DNA of 64,000 bases from Octopus vulgaris (Eukaryota), in NCBI GenBank assembly GCA_951406725.2, contig OX597816.1, forward strand, positions 75,516,001 through 75,580,000. Direction: 5' to 3'. Below the pieces are notes generated by a model. The model saw only the letters and a list, made by a program, of their open reading frames with translations. It ran no database searches and was not told the origin of the DNA. The first letter of the stretch is position 1, and each line of letters begins with the position of its first letter. Below, piece by piece: positions 23,258 to 35,851 of this stretch. The position numbers were made by a program, and so were the translations under genes.

Positions 23258-26200
23258 GTAAGCCACTATTTCTTATCTGGAGGAACTTGCAAGTGTCTCT
23301 CTTTGTTCTTTTTTGCATTCTTTTGCTTCTTCATTTCATGGGGGAGGGGAAAGGACCTGTGTAGTCATTTTTTTTTTTGTATCTTACATTCACACAAGGA
23401 TGTAAAAATAATATTCATTTATTTGGTCTAATTTGATGTTTGTAAATTTTTATGATAAAAAAAAGAATGAATTTTCATTTTTAAGGCTGATAAGGTGTTG
23501 ATAGTTAATCATGTCATGTCAATGCGTTTTATGGCCATGACCTGTAATTCTCAAATGAGTTGAGTGCAAGCATGACCGTGGTTAAGAAGTTTGCTTCACA
23601 ATCACATGATTTTGGATTTTATTATCCTGCACAATGCCTTGGGTTAGTGTCTTTTCCCACAGCCTTGGGTTGGCTAATACTTTGTCTTTGGGAGGACTGA
23701 AGATAGACCACAGCTGTGGAAACTCATCATATATATGAATGTGTGTGTGTTAGTCCATGTATCCATGTCCTTTGCTGCTGTATGTTGACTCTAAAGGATC
23801 TAAACATTGGCAAGAAAACTGAAAAAACCAATGCACTTCATATAGATTCTCTTGTGATGTTGTATATAGTTATATACACCCATGTCATTTTGGTTTTAGA
23901 AATAGTTTTGAAAGTCTGCAAACAGTGATTACAGCGTAGGTAGCTAATTTACATTTGAGAGTAAAGTTTACAGTGGTTATTAATTATTTGGAGAAGTGTT
24001 TTTTACTTGGTCAGTCTCTTTGGACATGACTGAATTAGCTGACTGTAAGGCTCTGCTTCTGTTTTTTTCTAAGTGCTCGTTTTTAAATAACCAACAACTG
24101 GTCAGACATTTTGGCAGCAAATCTTTGGTGTGACACAGAACCAGCAACCATGGTAATAGGTAGAGCACTGAAAATGGCTGAGAATATAGAACACTAGAAT
24201 GAATGGATTTCATGACTTAGTTTCATTCTTCTCCATTCGGAGTTCAAATTCCACTGGAGCTATATTTGTCTTCATCAAGGAGATTGATTAAAATAAGTTC
24301 CAGTGATTTATAATAGTGTCAATCTCTATAGGCTTTATCTCTTGTCTTTACTTAAATGTCCTCTTTTATAAAGAAATAACTGACTGATTGCCAGTGGATA
24401 TTGTAATCCATTTATCATTTTATGAAAAAAAATCAACTTAAAAATCTTTTTAATTTTTGAAAATAAATTTATTCATAAATTTGATATTGAAAATTTAATC
24501 ATTCAAAGTTTCTCTTTTGTTGAATGCTTCATAAAATTTTGGTTTTGAAGTATATCTAATGTAAAGAATAGTACATGTGAGAGGAATGGGTATTGTTTAT
24601 TACATTAATGTTGATTTGATTTCAGATTGTAGTATGATGTGTGTTTGTGAAGATATCTGATGAATTAGGTCAAGGAGAGAGAAACTGAGATTGTGTTAGG
24701 CATAATTAAACATGTCACATTTTACCTTCATGTAGATTATCTTCAACTCAATAACAAGAGCAAAAATTATATGGTTACATTTAAAAAGAAGAAATTTATA
24801 AAGATATTTTTTTTTGCTACTTAAGTTATTTATGTGTAATTTAAGCAAAACAAATTATATATTTATGTGATTTAAACAACTCAAATTATGTATGTGTGAC
24901 GGAAAGATATGAGGCCTAGCAGTTAATGTGTTAGGCCCACAATCAAGGTCATGGATTTGATTCCTGAGCCAGATGGGGCATTTCTCATTGCCTGTGTCTA
25001 CTCCGCTGAAAATTATTACCAGTTGGCTATTGGTGAAGTCCCCTCTTCCTATTATGCTCTAATTGGTCAAGTGTGAGGGGCCTAAGAGAGTGCTTGTGTC
25101 TAAATATGCACATAAAACAATTAATGAAATTATGATGCAAGTTAAGATCATACAGCTAAACATTTTATTTTCATGTAGATCCTTAAAAGTAGCATTGGCT
25201 TAACAGTAAACAGTTGTAGGTTTTTCAAGTAAATTTATACAAAATTGTCTCCAATGTGAGATGTAACATCTAAAGACCAGCCTTATACACTTCACCCTGA
25301 GTCTTACTTGGCCTCTGTCTTCTACAGGAAAAAATGTTATTTAGAAAGTGATCCTTTTGAAAAAGATTATTTCTCAGAAATGGAATCTCCACTATATCTT
25401 GAACTCCGTTGTTCAAATTCTTCATTTTATAAGATATTTCCATGTGTAATCTCAGTTGTTGAAATAATAGTAATCCAAAGAAATTTTATAAATACATAAA
25501 AAAAAAGTGTGGTGGGGGTGATTATTTGACATATGTCAAAATGAGGATCAGTTAAGCCCGAGATTGATTTAGTTCACTATAGCACACTCCTAAATTTGTG
25601 GTCTTGTATCTGTGCTAGGAATCACTATTGTGTTATTGTTGGAAGTGGTACTTAAAATGCATTAGAAATTATTGAGCTTTAGATATTTTGACTATTTAAT
25701 GAAATTAATCTTTTCTTTGAAAAATTTTGTTGAATGTTTGCTAAAACTTGTACTATAAATTAAAAGCAATTCAATTTCATTAGTTGGAGTTATTTTCATT
25801 TTTAAAGGATTGAAGTTATTAATGAAAAGACTTCTTTATTAGACTTGTTTCATAAAAATTGTATTTAATTACAAATAGGCTTGAGAATATTTTAATGAAT
25901 CTGCATTTCTTCTAGTAATGCTAAACCTGCCTGTATCTTTCAAAATAATTTTGCTTTTGGAGGTGTTTAATTAAAACTTTTTTTTATCGATATGTTTAGA
26001 ATATAATTGTCAGTTTTTATTAGAATTTTAATTAGTAGCATGAATGGTCTTGGGGAAAATAGAAATAAAAGTTACTCTCATTAAGCAGTATAAACTGTTG
26101 TAGTAAGTTTAATATTTGCTAAAATATATTTCATTTGTTGGAATATATTTTAAGACTGTTCATATACTATTTAATATTTTAGTATTATGTATGATGTGGG

Positions 26201-28497
26201 TTAAATAATTTTGTGTTAATCTCTGTTAATGATGTCAACTTTACATCTCATAAGCCAACCTAAATGAACTTTACATTTGTCTTATCATATGATTAGAGAT
26301 AGTGTTAAAATGTCAATTGGTAGGTTTAGTTTAAAAATGTCAGACAGTAGGATATTTATAAAAAGTGATGTTTTTGAAGTGTAATTTTAATTTAATGTTT
26401 TATATATGATTTAAGAAATTGTATCATCTTTAGTTTAAAATCTACTGATTTTCGTGTAAGTTTCAGATTTGAAAATACTCTCCCCAAAACCTATCACCAA
26501 TGTCTTGGTGTCTTATTGTTCTAAGATCAAATTCTGCTGAGATTGAACTTGAAGTTAGTCTTAGTAAGGTGCAGGAGTTGATTCAGTCATCTGTGTAACC
26601 TTTTTACTATATTTGTTCTAAATGATTTAGTTTTAAATGTTTAAAAATTATTTATATAAATGATTAAATTCATATTGTGGTATTTATAATCAGTTTTCAG
26701 TATGAAATTAAGAAGCACCTACTAAAGACTGTTTATATTGTTTGCATTAAGTCTTGTTTGGCACAAACAAATGAAGTAGGCTATTTTTCCACATTTACCC
26801 GTAACATGTCCTTAAGTAAGGGGTAAACTCTGTAAGTATGTCTCTCCCAGGTTAAGATCTCAATAAGAATAAGCTGAAAGTCTTACTTAATGGTTGGGGT
26901 GATATATAAAGGCTGTAATACTTGAAATATTCTAGTGCCTTTCTTACTACTTGTGTAAATGATTCTTCTATTTTGTGCAATACTCTTACAAGTGATTCTG
27001 GGTAAGGAGTCACTAGGGCACAGGAGCCGGCTCAGATCAGTAGCTTAGTGTTGGGGGCTAAGATGTGTCTCAGGTAGAGTCATTGGCTTGTGACTAACAG
27101 CTTGGAAAGGAATGGGTGCTGCTAAGCTAACTTGCTCATGATACATTCATGATGATGACAAGCAAACTAGAATCCATACAGGATCAGTTGTCACCCAGAT
27201 TAACATCAAAGAGTGGACAAACCTCAATTTTGCCAACTCATTATTGGGTAACAAAAGACAGAAAAGTGGCAAAATCTGGTTGTGATGTCATTAAAAATAC
27301 CTTAGTGATTACATGGTCAAGGGATAGGAAGAAAGGAAAGATTCTTACAATTCTAATCCATGTCCAATAGTGTCGTTCTTTTACTTTGGATGTTTGTGTA
27401 ATTCAAAAGGAGAAATAGATTTTATTGTGAAATAAAAGATTTTTAATTCCTAATTTTGTATAATCATGCAAAACTGGCTGTGGGAATTATATATTTGATA
27501 GAGCAGAAAAAGTTTGCCTTATCATCCCTATTTTTCTTGTGGAAAGATAAGATTTTCCATGTGCTGCTAATTGTTGCTCTAAGGGTGACATAGCTCAAAA
27601 GTAATTGAAAAACCTTGTTGTATAGGCTTTTCTTGATGGTGAGATACATAGAATTTATAACAAGAACTACAACAATAATAATGTGCTGCTTGCTTATTAT
27701 TAAAAATTCACTTTAACTTGATAACTTTTATAATTAAAATGCTTCAAGTGCATCCTGCAGATCTTTACCTAATCAAATTCAACACCACCAAAAAACTCAT
27801 TTTTTTTTGTGCTTTTCATCGTGAGATAAAATGGAGGAATACAATAAAAAGATGAATGTGATTATAGTGATGAAACTATTGTTGGATGGACTTGATGTTT
27901 GAGACTACTTTATGAAAATCTTAATCTTGGCAAAATTTGTTGAGGTGTAAGAGTGTAAACATCAGTCAGAGTGTGTATTTAGGAAACACCTGTGCATGTG
28001 TTGGAGAGTTGTGTATATGCAAACATATACATTAAAAAAGATATTTGAGATAAAATATTAAAATCTTATGAGATATATTTTGTAACTCTAGTTACTGTGT
28101 TTTGTCAATTTATTTATCTTTCCACTTCAGTCTACTTTGGAATAGAACAGGTTTATTATATCTATACCTCTCACTGTCTTATCTAGGATTTCATTTCGGT
28201 TCAATTTGCTAATGTTATCTCTCTGTAGCATGCTTTGTATTTAAATTGTGAGTGTGAGAATTTATCTGTAGTTTTAGTTGTGTGCAGTGAAGACTAACAT
28301 GTTTTATGTTCTATAATTATTATTTATCATCAATTGATATGAGATGTGCCCTTGTGTTTGTCACACTGCTGGTAAGCAATGCTGTAACAATAATGATGAC
28401 AAACTGAAAGTAAAGTCCTATGTCTTGTGGCTATAACAAGGTCAGTGGACATAAATGATGGGAGTATTGGAATAAATGTCTTATATTCAGTACTTGA

Positions 28498-28663
28498 CCC
28501 TTTAACATTCAAACCAGCCAGATCAAGCCTCTTACACCTATCTTGCAACGTTATTCTAAAAGTAAACAACCAGTTATCAAAATATGAGATAATATATGAT
28601 TTCCTCAAAGTAATGTGAACAAATAAGCATTACATTTGACTGAGTAATCTTAATACTAAAAGG
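28498..28663. mobile_element. Degenerate piggyBac-like MITE
   Basis: (ttga)CCCTTTAACATT...AATACTAAAAGG(ttat): decayed TIRs and TTAA-like flanks. Confidence 0.45.
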
Positions 28664-29451
28664 TTATCTAATCCCTCTAGATTTTCTTTGAAAATTGTGT
28701 GTTTGATATAGCTTTTTAACTTTTTGGAGTTGAGAAAACACTTCTTGGAATCTACTGCAGTCAATCCAGTTGTCTGCACTACTCTATAAATTTCTGACTT
28801 TGTATCATTATGAGAAATAGAAAATTTATCAAGAATATAACGAAAGGGAACTGTCATTTTTAATGACAAGCGTATGCTATGATGTCAAATGTTTTTTAAA
28901 AATGCAGTATTTCTATTAAATTTGTATTATGTTGTTGAAAAGTGTATTTCTTTTCTAATTTAACTGAAGTTTAATAGTTATATCATCATTATGAATTATT
29001 CCTAAATTAACGTAATCTTATTAACGGACCTCCTCCCACCAAAAGAATGTGTATTAGGTACCATGGTTATGCATATAAACTATATATCATCATCATCATC
29101 ATCATTTAATGTCCATTTTCCATGCTGGCTTGTGTTGGATGGTTTAATTGGGGCTGTTTTGGCAGGGTTTTTATGGCTGGATGCCCTTCCTAACACCAAC
29201 CACCTTACAAAAGTTAAGCTCCAAAAGTTTTCATCATCATCATCATCATCATTTAACGTCTGCTTTCTATATTGGCATGGGTTGGATGGTTTGACATGGA
29301 AATGGCGAGCAGGGAGTTGTCCAGACTCCAACTGTCTGCTGTGACATGGTTTCTGCAGCTGGATGCCCTTACTAATGCCTTCTCTCGGTGATTTACAATT
29401 GGTTGAAACTGTTGAAATGGGGATTGCTGCCTGAAGTATTTACTGTTTATA

Positions 29452-30048
29452 CTAGTACTAGACTACCCATGACCTGTTGGGTCACTGATGATTCAGGTTA
29501 TAAAACATTGAAATGAAAGTTACTTTTATGATGATTCAGTTAAATATTTCAATTTGTTCGGGTCATCATAGGTCTGGTTTACAAGTTCATGCTTAAAGTT
29601 TTATTGGTTATTTACTACATCTAATAGAAATAGAACTCCTAGGATAAACTTGAACTCCAGTAACAGCATTTATTTAGTATGTGCACATTTCTACAAAAGC
29701 ACAAAAGGAATTCTTATATAACGTAAGCATAAAATTAATGGAAACAATTTTCACAGTATTATATATTCCCATTTCAGGGTTACGTTACTTTCAGAGTATT
29801 TTCCCATAATGTGCCATTTTGGCTATTTATGAAGGTACCCCCCAAAATTATGTATCTTGGGAATCTGTGGTCTGATTTACGCAAAACTTATTTTATTCTG
29901 TTTGTATTCACATTTCAGGGGTACCTTCATTTCATAGTATTTCTCCATTATGCACCAGATTGACTGTATCAAATTACAGGCAAGCACATATGTAAGCACG
30001 CACACGAGCATGCATGCAAGCAATCACAGAGTTTTAGTATTATATAGA
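29452..30048 (-). mobile_element. Probable non-autonomous Helitron
   Basis: Minus strand starts a|TCTATATAATACTAAAAC and ends with a tgacc-caaca-ggtca hairpin then CTAG|t. Internal direct repeat catttcaggg...tttca.agtattt. Confidence 0.5.
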
Positions 30049-30838
30049 TTGAGATTATCCTTGGCAAAAACTCCAAATATATCTTATAGGATATATGGCA
30101 CAATTAATTGTGTGCCAGTTTTCTTTCATATTCTCTTGTGTTCATTCTTTGTTATACTTATGTATTTAAACGTTAGTACATTTGTATTTATAAGCCTTTT
30201 TTGATAAATTTTTTATAATTGTATCAATCTGTAATTTATAAAGTAGAGACATATTTTGAATAATTGTGATTGTGAAACAGATAGGAAACAAAAGTAAAAA
30301 CATCTGCTTCTTTCCTGTTATTCCTGCACTCACAAATGTATAACTTACGCATACACAGACATAAACTCACACACATTTTTATACGTTTATGTGTTTATAC
30401 TTTTATGTGTGAGTGTGTATGTGCGTGCGTGCATGCACATACACACACAATTATTTATATATATGAATGTGTGTCTGTCTGTCTACCTCTCTATCTATCC
30501 ATCCATCCATCCATCCAAAGCAAATAAGCAACAAGGATGCCCAGGTATTAGTGCATTACGACACTAATACCTTGACGTCCTTGTTATTTGCTTTTTATTC
30601 ATCTTACTCCAAGCTGTGTGGATAATACTGGAGTGACTTGGTGCCTCAACTTAAGTACCTAATTCAACAGAATCTTATATATATATATATATATAGTTCT
30701 AAAATCTCTAAGAGATCAGTGCAGCAATTGTACTGGCAAATAATATTTATAACCATTTGGGGTTAAAAAATCCAGTAGAGTCTGCTCGAGTGGGCAACCA
30801 TGTTTAAGTGGCTATGAATATATATATATATGTATGTG

Positions 30839-30887
<49 letters not shown>

Positions 30888-30891
<4 letters not shown>

Positions 30892-31091
30892 TCATCATCG
30901 TTTAACATCCGCTTTCCATGCTAGCATGGGTTGGATGGTTCAACTGGGGTCTGGGGAGCCCGAAGGCTGCACTAGGCCAGTCAGATCTGGCAGTGTTTCT
31001 ACAGCTGGATGCCCTTCCTAACGCCAACCACTTCGAGAGTGTAGTGGGTGATTTTATGTGCCACCGACACAGGTGCCAGACGAGGCTGGCG

Positions 31092-31092
<1 letters not shown>
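30888..31092 (-). mobile_element. Young RTE-related short element inserted in (TA)n
   Basis: Reverse complement of 19861-20066, with six transition differences counted by eye over about 190 bp. Confidence 0.9.
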
Positions 31093-31136
<44 letters not shown>

Positions 31137-31235
31137 TGGTTATTTTAATTAAATTTAATTTATATAAATTATTTTATGTATTGGCTTAAGTCTTTCTTTG
31201 TTTGATTTGCATAATAGTGGTTTTGTCTCTAATAA

Positions 31236-31307
<72 letters not shown>

Positions 31308-31697
31308 TGGATGGAACTTTTGAATGAGAGAGAGAGTGAACCTGGAAGACATGGGGCAAAGTACTAAAGGATGACCTCAGGATGCTGAACCTTTCAGACG
31401 AGATGACAAAGGACCCAGATACATGGTGTCTTATTGTACTGAAGAAGACCCGTCCTCCACAGCAGAAGTGTTAAGGCTGCATCTCCTGGTGAAGAGGACT
31501 GCAAGAGTTCTGTGTCAGCACCATATTAAAAGCTGTAGACTTACAGCTAAATCAGACTGGAACCTGGTGCATCTGTCTGCCTTGCCAGCTCTGACCAAAC
31601 TGTCCGACCCATGCCAGCGCGGAAAATGGACGTTAAAGGACAATGATAATGATATGTGCAAGCGTGCGCACACACACACACTCACACACACGCAGAG

Positions 31698-31731
<34 letters not shown>

Positions 31732-32784
31732 CATGTACTTAAACACACAAACATGTGTATGTAAACGTGTGTTTGTGTGTGTGTGTGTGTGTTGATATTA
31801 TCATTTTTCCATTCTTGCATAGGTTGAATGAGTCTTTATCTTCAGTTCAGTGTCTCACTATTTGTTATGGTCCTGTCTCATCTGGTTCCTGAGATTTAGC
31901 CTTATATGTACAGCCCTCATCGTGTAATGCCAAGAGAGTTCATTAAATCAGATTTCTCTTATCTCTCTCTGTTTTTCTATCTGCTGATTTGTATGCGCTA
32001 ATATACATCCTCTGTATTCAATGCCCATGTGTAATATTCATGTAATGTTACACAGTGCACACATGTATATTACGCTTTGTTACCATCCCTTTGAAAACCT
32101 CTTTGGTGTTACCACTAGTTGTAGTAGTTTCTTGATGTTTTTTTACTTATTCTTGTTTTAGTTACTATGCTTTTGGAACACTTTTGTCTCATGTAATTTG
32201 TCACAATGAGTTGTTCATTGCTGATCTTATTGCAAAACTTATTTCAATCTGGCACTTATTTTGCCTTTCTTTTTTTTTGTTAAACTGCTTTTTTAAAGGT
32301 CATAAACGTCAATCTTTTTTTTTTTTAAATATTAGTCGAGTGTAAAAACATGCTCACACACAAAATTTATTTATAAAGATCATGGGCTTCTGTATAGTTT
32401 CCATTTACCTTATTGTTCTCACAAGATTGGTTAAGCTAAAGTAAAAGACACTCTCAAGGTGTCTCACAAATTGCATTCATAACCATGCGGTTGTAAAATA
32501 ATCTTAACAACTACCTCAACACCCCACACTCTTGTATATGATGTGGCTATGGAAACTACATACATTATGGTTAATAAACATATTTACTCTAACTTTGGAA
32601 ATATAATCTCCAGACAAACCACAGAAAGAATGTAGCTTGCCTAATTTCATATTTTTTAATAATCATCATTCATGTTTACCTCATCAGTCACTTGCTGAAA
32701 TCCAGAATAATATATTTTATACAACATCTAACAAACTGTCATAGGTATGTTGTTAATGAGGTTGTTATATATGTTGCCTTCTCT

Positions 32785-33415
32785 GTCACTTGCTCACTCA
32801 CCTGTCTATTCGCCCTTGTCCACTCACTAATCAAACCTTGGTCACACATACTTACTCACTCACTCATGCTCTTTAATTCACTTACTCACTCACTCAATTA
32901 CTCTTGCTTGCTCGCTCATTCACTCTTGCTCCCTCATTCACGCACTCTTGCTCACCTATTCACTCACTCACTCTTGCTCACTCATTCACTCTTGCTCACT
33001 CATACTCTCTCTTGCTCACTCATTCACTCTTGCTCACTCATACTCTCTCTTGCTCACTCATTCACTCTTGCTCACTCATACTCTCTCTTGCTCACTCACT
33101 CACTCACATGCATTCATTCACTCACTCTTGCTTGCTCATTCACTAACTCACTCTTCACTCATTCACTCACAGTCTTGTTTGCTCATTCATTTACTCTTGC
33201 TCACTCATGCCCTCTTACTCACTCATTCTTGCTTGCTCATTAACTCGCACATTTAGTCTTGCTTGCTCACTCACTCACTCTTGCTCACTCTTGCTCACTC
33301 ACTCTTTCTTGCTCGCTCACTCACTCTTTCTTGCTCGCTCACTCACTCTTTCTTGCTCGCTCACTCACTCCTTCTTGCTCACTCACTTAGTCTCACTCAG
33401 TCACTCTTTGTCACT
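32785..33415 (+). repeat. Cryptic (CTCA/TTCA/CTTG) low-complexity tract with a 38-bp higher-order unit
   Basis: cttgctcactcattcactcttgctcactcatactctct occurs about 3 times at 32973-33090. Explains the H/S/L/T-rich ORFs at 32692-33514. Confidence 0.9.
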
Positions 33416-34019
33416 CTTCCTTTCTCTCTTCCCTCTCCCTCTTACTCTCATGCAAATAAACTCTTCTCCACATACCAAGTCCACCCCTCTTTTACTTCAG
33501 TTGTAAATTTATGAGTATTGGTCCTAAGTACTCTACAGTATTAGTTTTGCCCTTTTCACTTCCAAGGTCTGGAATTAGTTTTGTCTTTTATGCTTTGTCT
33601 ACTGTCTTAGCTTGGTCATTTGAGAGTTGATAAAGTAATTCCTAATGCAGAGTTATTGTCATAAGCTAATACTCCAGGTTACTGGAGTTGGAATCAATAA
33701 AAATGTGCTAATTCTGACTGTCGTTTTGAATCATTCAACACACTGGAGAAGCATTTATTTGATATCAAGCATGTGTTTGAATTAAAACCTTTTATGAAGA
33801 TTTGGTCAACAAAAATATTTCACTCAGAGCTATTGGGTACAAGTGACACTTTTAGAAAGTCTACCACTAAACAGTTGCAATCTGAGGATTTAACATTCGT
33901 AAATTCTTGTTGGAATTGAAAAGCTTAGCCTAGGATCTGACAAAAGTGGAAGATTGATTGTTGAAGGCATTGTATCTTCAGTGACTAAAAGAGAGGCCCT
34001 GTTGCTGTTGTTTATATTG

Positions 34020-35069
34020 ATCCAATGAGCAGATCTATGCTTGGAGCAAGCTTCCTGTGAAATGGGTGACATGGGTGTTAGAACAGTACTGTAGCAGATG
34101 GAGCATAAAAGCCAAACAAGAGACGTAGAAAGTTTGGAAGATGATAAGCGAGATGTTATACAGATCTTCACTCCATAACAGAAGAGTTTAAAATCAACTG
34201 TCTGTGAGAACTCTTGTATGCTAAAGGCTTAGTTCTCATTGCTAAATGTCAAAAAATGAATGAAGAAATCCTGAATGTACAAGTAGAGACAATAATCAAG
34301 TGGTAAATCTACCAAAAAAAAAAAAAAAAAAGTTTTACTTGGGAGCAAAGAAGACAGGACTCTACATTTATTTGTGTACTGGCTTCATATACAGGACTCT
34401 ACATTTATTTGTGTACTGGCTTCATTTGATATGTAGAAAGATAAGATTTCTATATGGTAAACTTAATGTAAGCTATGGATACAGAAGATGCAAAGGATTG
34501 GCAGGCAAGCTGACAGAAAACTTCATACATAGCAGATGCATAAAAGTGGTTAGCAGTAAGATGACCCATGAAATGAATTTTTAAAAATTCCTGGAAGGCT
34601 AGATGACCTTATCAGCCATGGAGGTGAGTATTCCAAAATTATAGTTGTCACAGTGAGAACAAAAAATTGGAAAATGTTTAGTTATTACCTCTGCAGGTAA
34701 TGAAATAATGAAATGATTACCTCTTGATGAAGTGTGATATTGTATGGTTGTGAAATATGGACATTAAATATAGAAGATGTGCAAAAGCAGGAAAGGAGAG
34801 AAGTAAGCATGCTCTGCTGGATGTATAATGTTAAGTGTAATTGCACAATTGAGCATAAATCGGAGTGCAAGAGAGGAGACTGCTTTGGTACAGACATTTG
34901 ATACATATTGAAAATGACAGTTGAGTAAAGAAGTGCCAAGCAATCCAGTGGAAGAAAATCTGCAGAAATTAAAGATTGACAAAGGCACGAGGGGGAGAGG
35001 TGCAAATGGCAAAATTTTGTGCTGGAACAGGTGCTTGCAACCCATACAAGGATTGAAAAAGACATAAAG

Positions 35070-35070
<1 letters not shown>
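34020..35070 (+). mobile_element. Highly degenerate RTE LINE 3' fragment
   Basis: Collinear similarity to the RTE copy at 52150-53070, for example gaaggtgtaggcagaaattcc vs aaagtggttagcag and gctattatgctctgatgaatg vs gtaagcatgctctgctggatg. Confidence 0.55.
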
Positions 35071-35106
<36 letters not shown>

Positions 35107-35107
<1 letters not shown>

Positions 35108-35500
35108 TAGCAGTATCGCCCGGCGTTGCTCGGGTTGTAAGGGAAATAACTATATAAGCATTTTTAGAGAGTTATAGCCAAAAAATAGCAAAAAAATGCA
35201 TTAAAAATTGAAAAAAAATTAAGGTAAATTTTTTTTTAAATCATTGACACATCGTAGATATTTTTAGAGAGTTACTTCCCTTATATAAAAGCGAAAAAAA
35301 TGCATTAAAATGGAAAAATATGATGGTAAATTTTTTTAAATCGTAGACTCATCGTAGATGCGCGCTAATACCCAGAAGGGCTCGATATGAATCACGACTA
35401 TAAGATACCCGCTTTTGGTTAAACTGCACCGCAAAATGTGGGAGTAGTTACGAATCTAAATCGTAGGAGACAGACACACAACTTCACTCTTATATAAAGA
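35107..35500 (-). mobile_element. Non-autonomous Helitron
   Basis: Minus strand reads a|TCTTTATATAAG...CCCGAGCAACGCCGGG hairpin...CTAG|t, i.e. 5' TC, 3' hairpin plus CTAG, inserted at A|T with no TSD. CpG retention suggests it is young. Confidence 0.85.
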
Positions 35501-35509
35501 TGCTTTTTT

Positions 35510-35851
35510 TTTTCAGTCATAGAGTTAGATTTATGAAGGTCTTCAGTAGAAAATCCTTCGAATTCTGACTCGCTGCTTGATATAATGAAATTCGTATCCA
35601 TTTTTTGTCAGAATTACAAATTTTGAAAACACAATAGGAACAAATTTCGGAAAAAAATCTCCCATAATTCACGGAATTAAAATTACACTTCGATTTTTGT
35701 ACAAAACTGTATTCTGGGAACTGCACTTCCACTGACTAAGCCATAAAGAATGTGTCCTTTTCAGCTAAGCAGAGGTGTGGCTAAGAGATTTACTCTGATA
35801 TTCTCATTTAAATATGAATAGGTAAATTCGGGCGGTTTGGTAACGAAAGGG
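35510..35851 (-). mobile_element. piggyBac-like 5' end with acidic N-terminal ORF remnant
   Basis: ttaa-CCCTTTCGTTACC terminus, the same as the 21735 MITE. ORF MDTNFIISSSESEFEGFSTEDL... is cut off next to the Helitron. Confidence 0.6.

Noticed and set aside
32692-33514. His/Ser/Leu-rich ORFs up to 183 aa
   Set aside because: The low-complexity CTCA repeat lacks stops in several frames.
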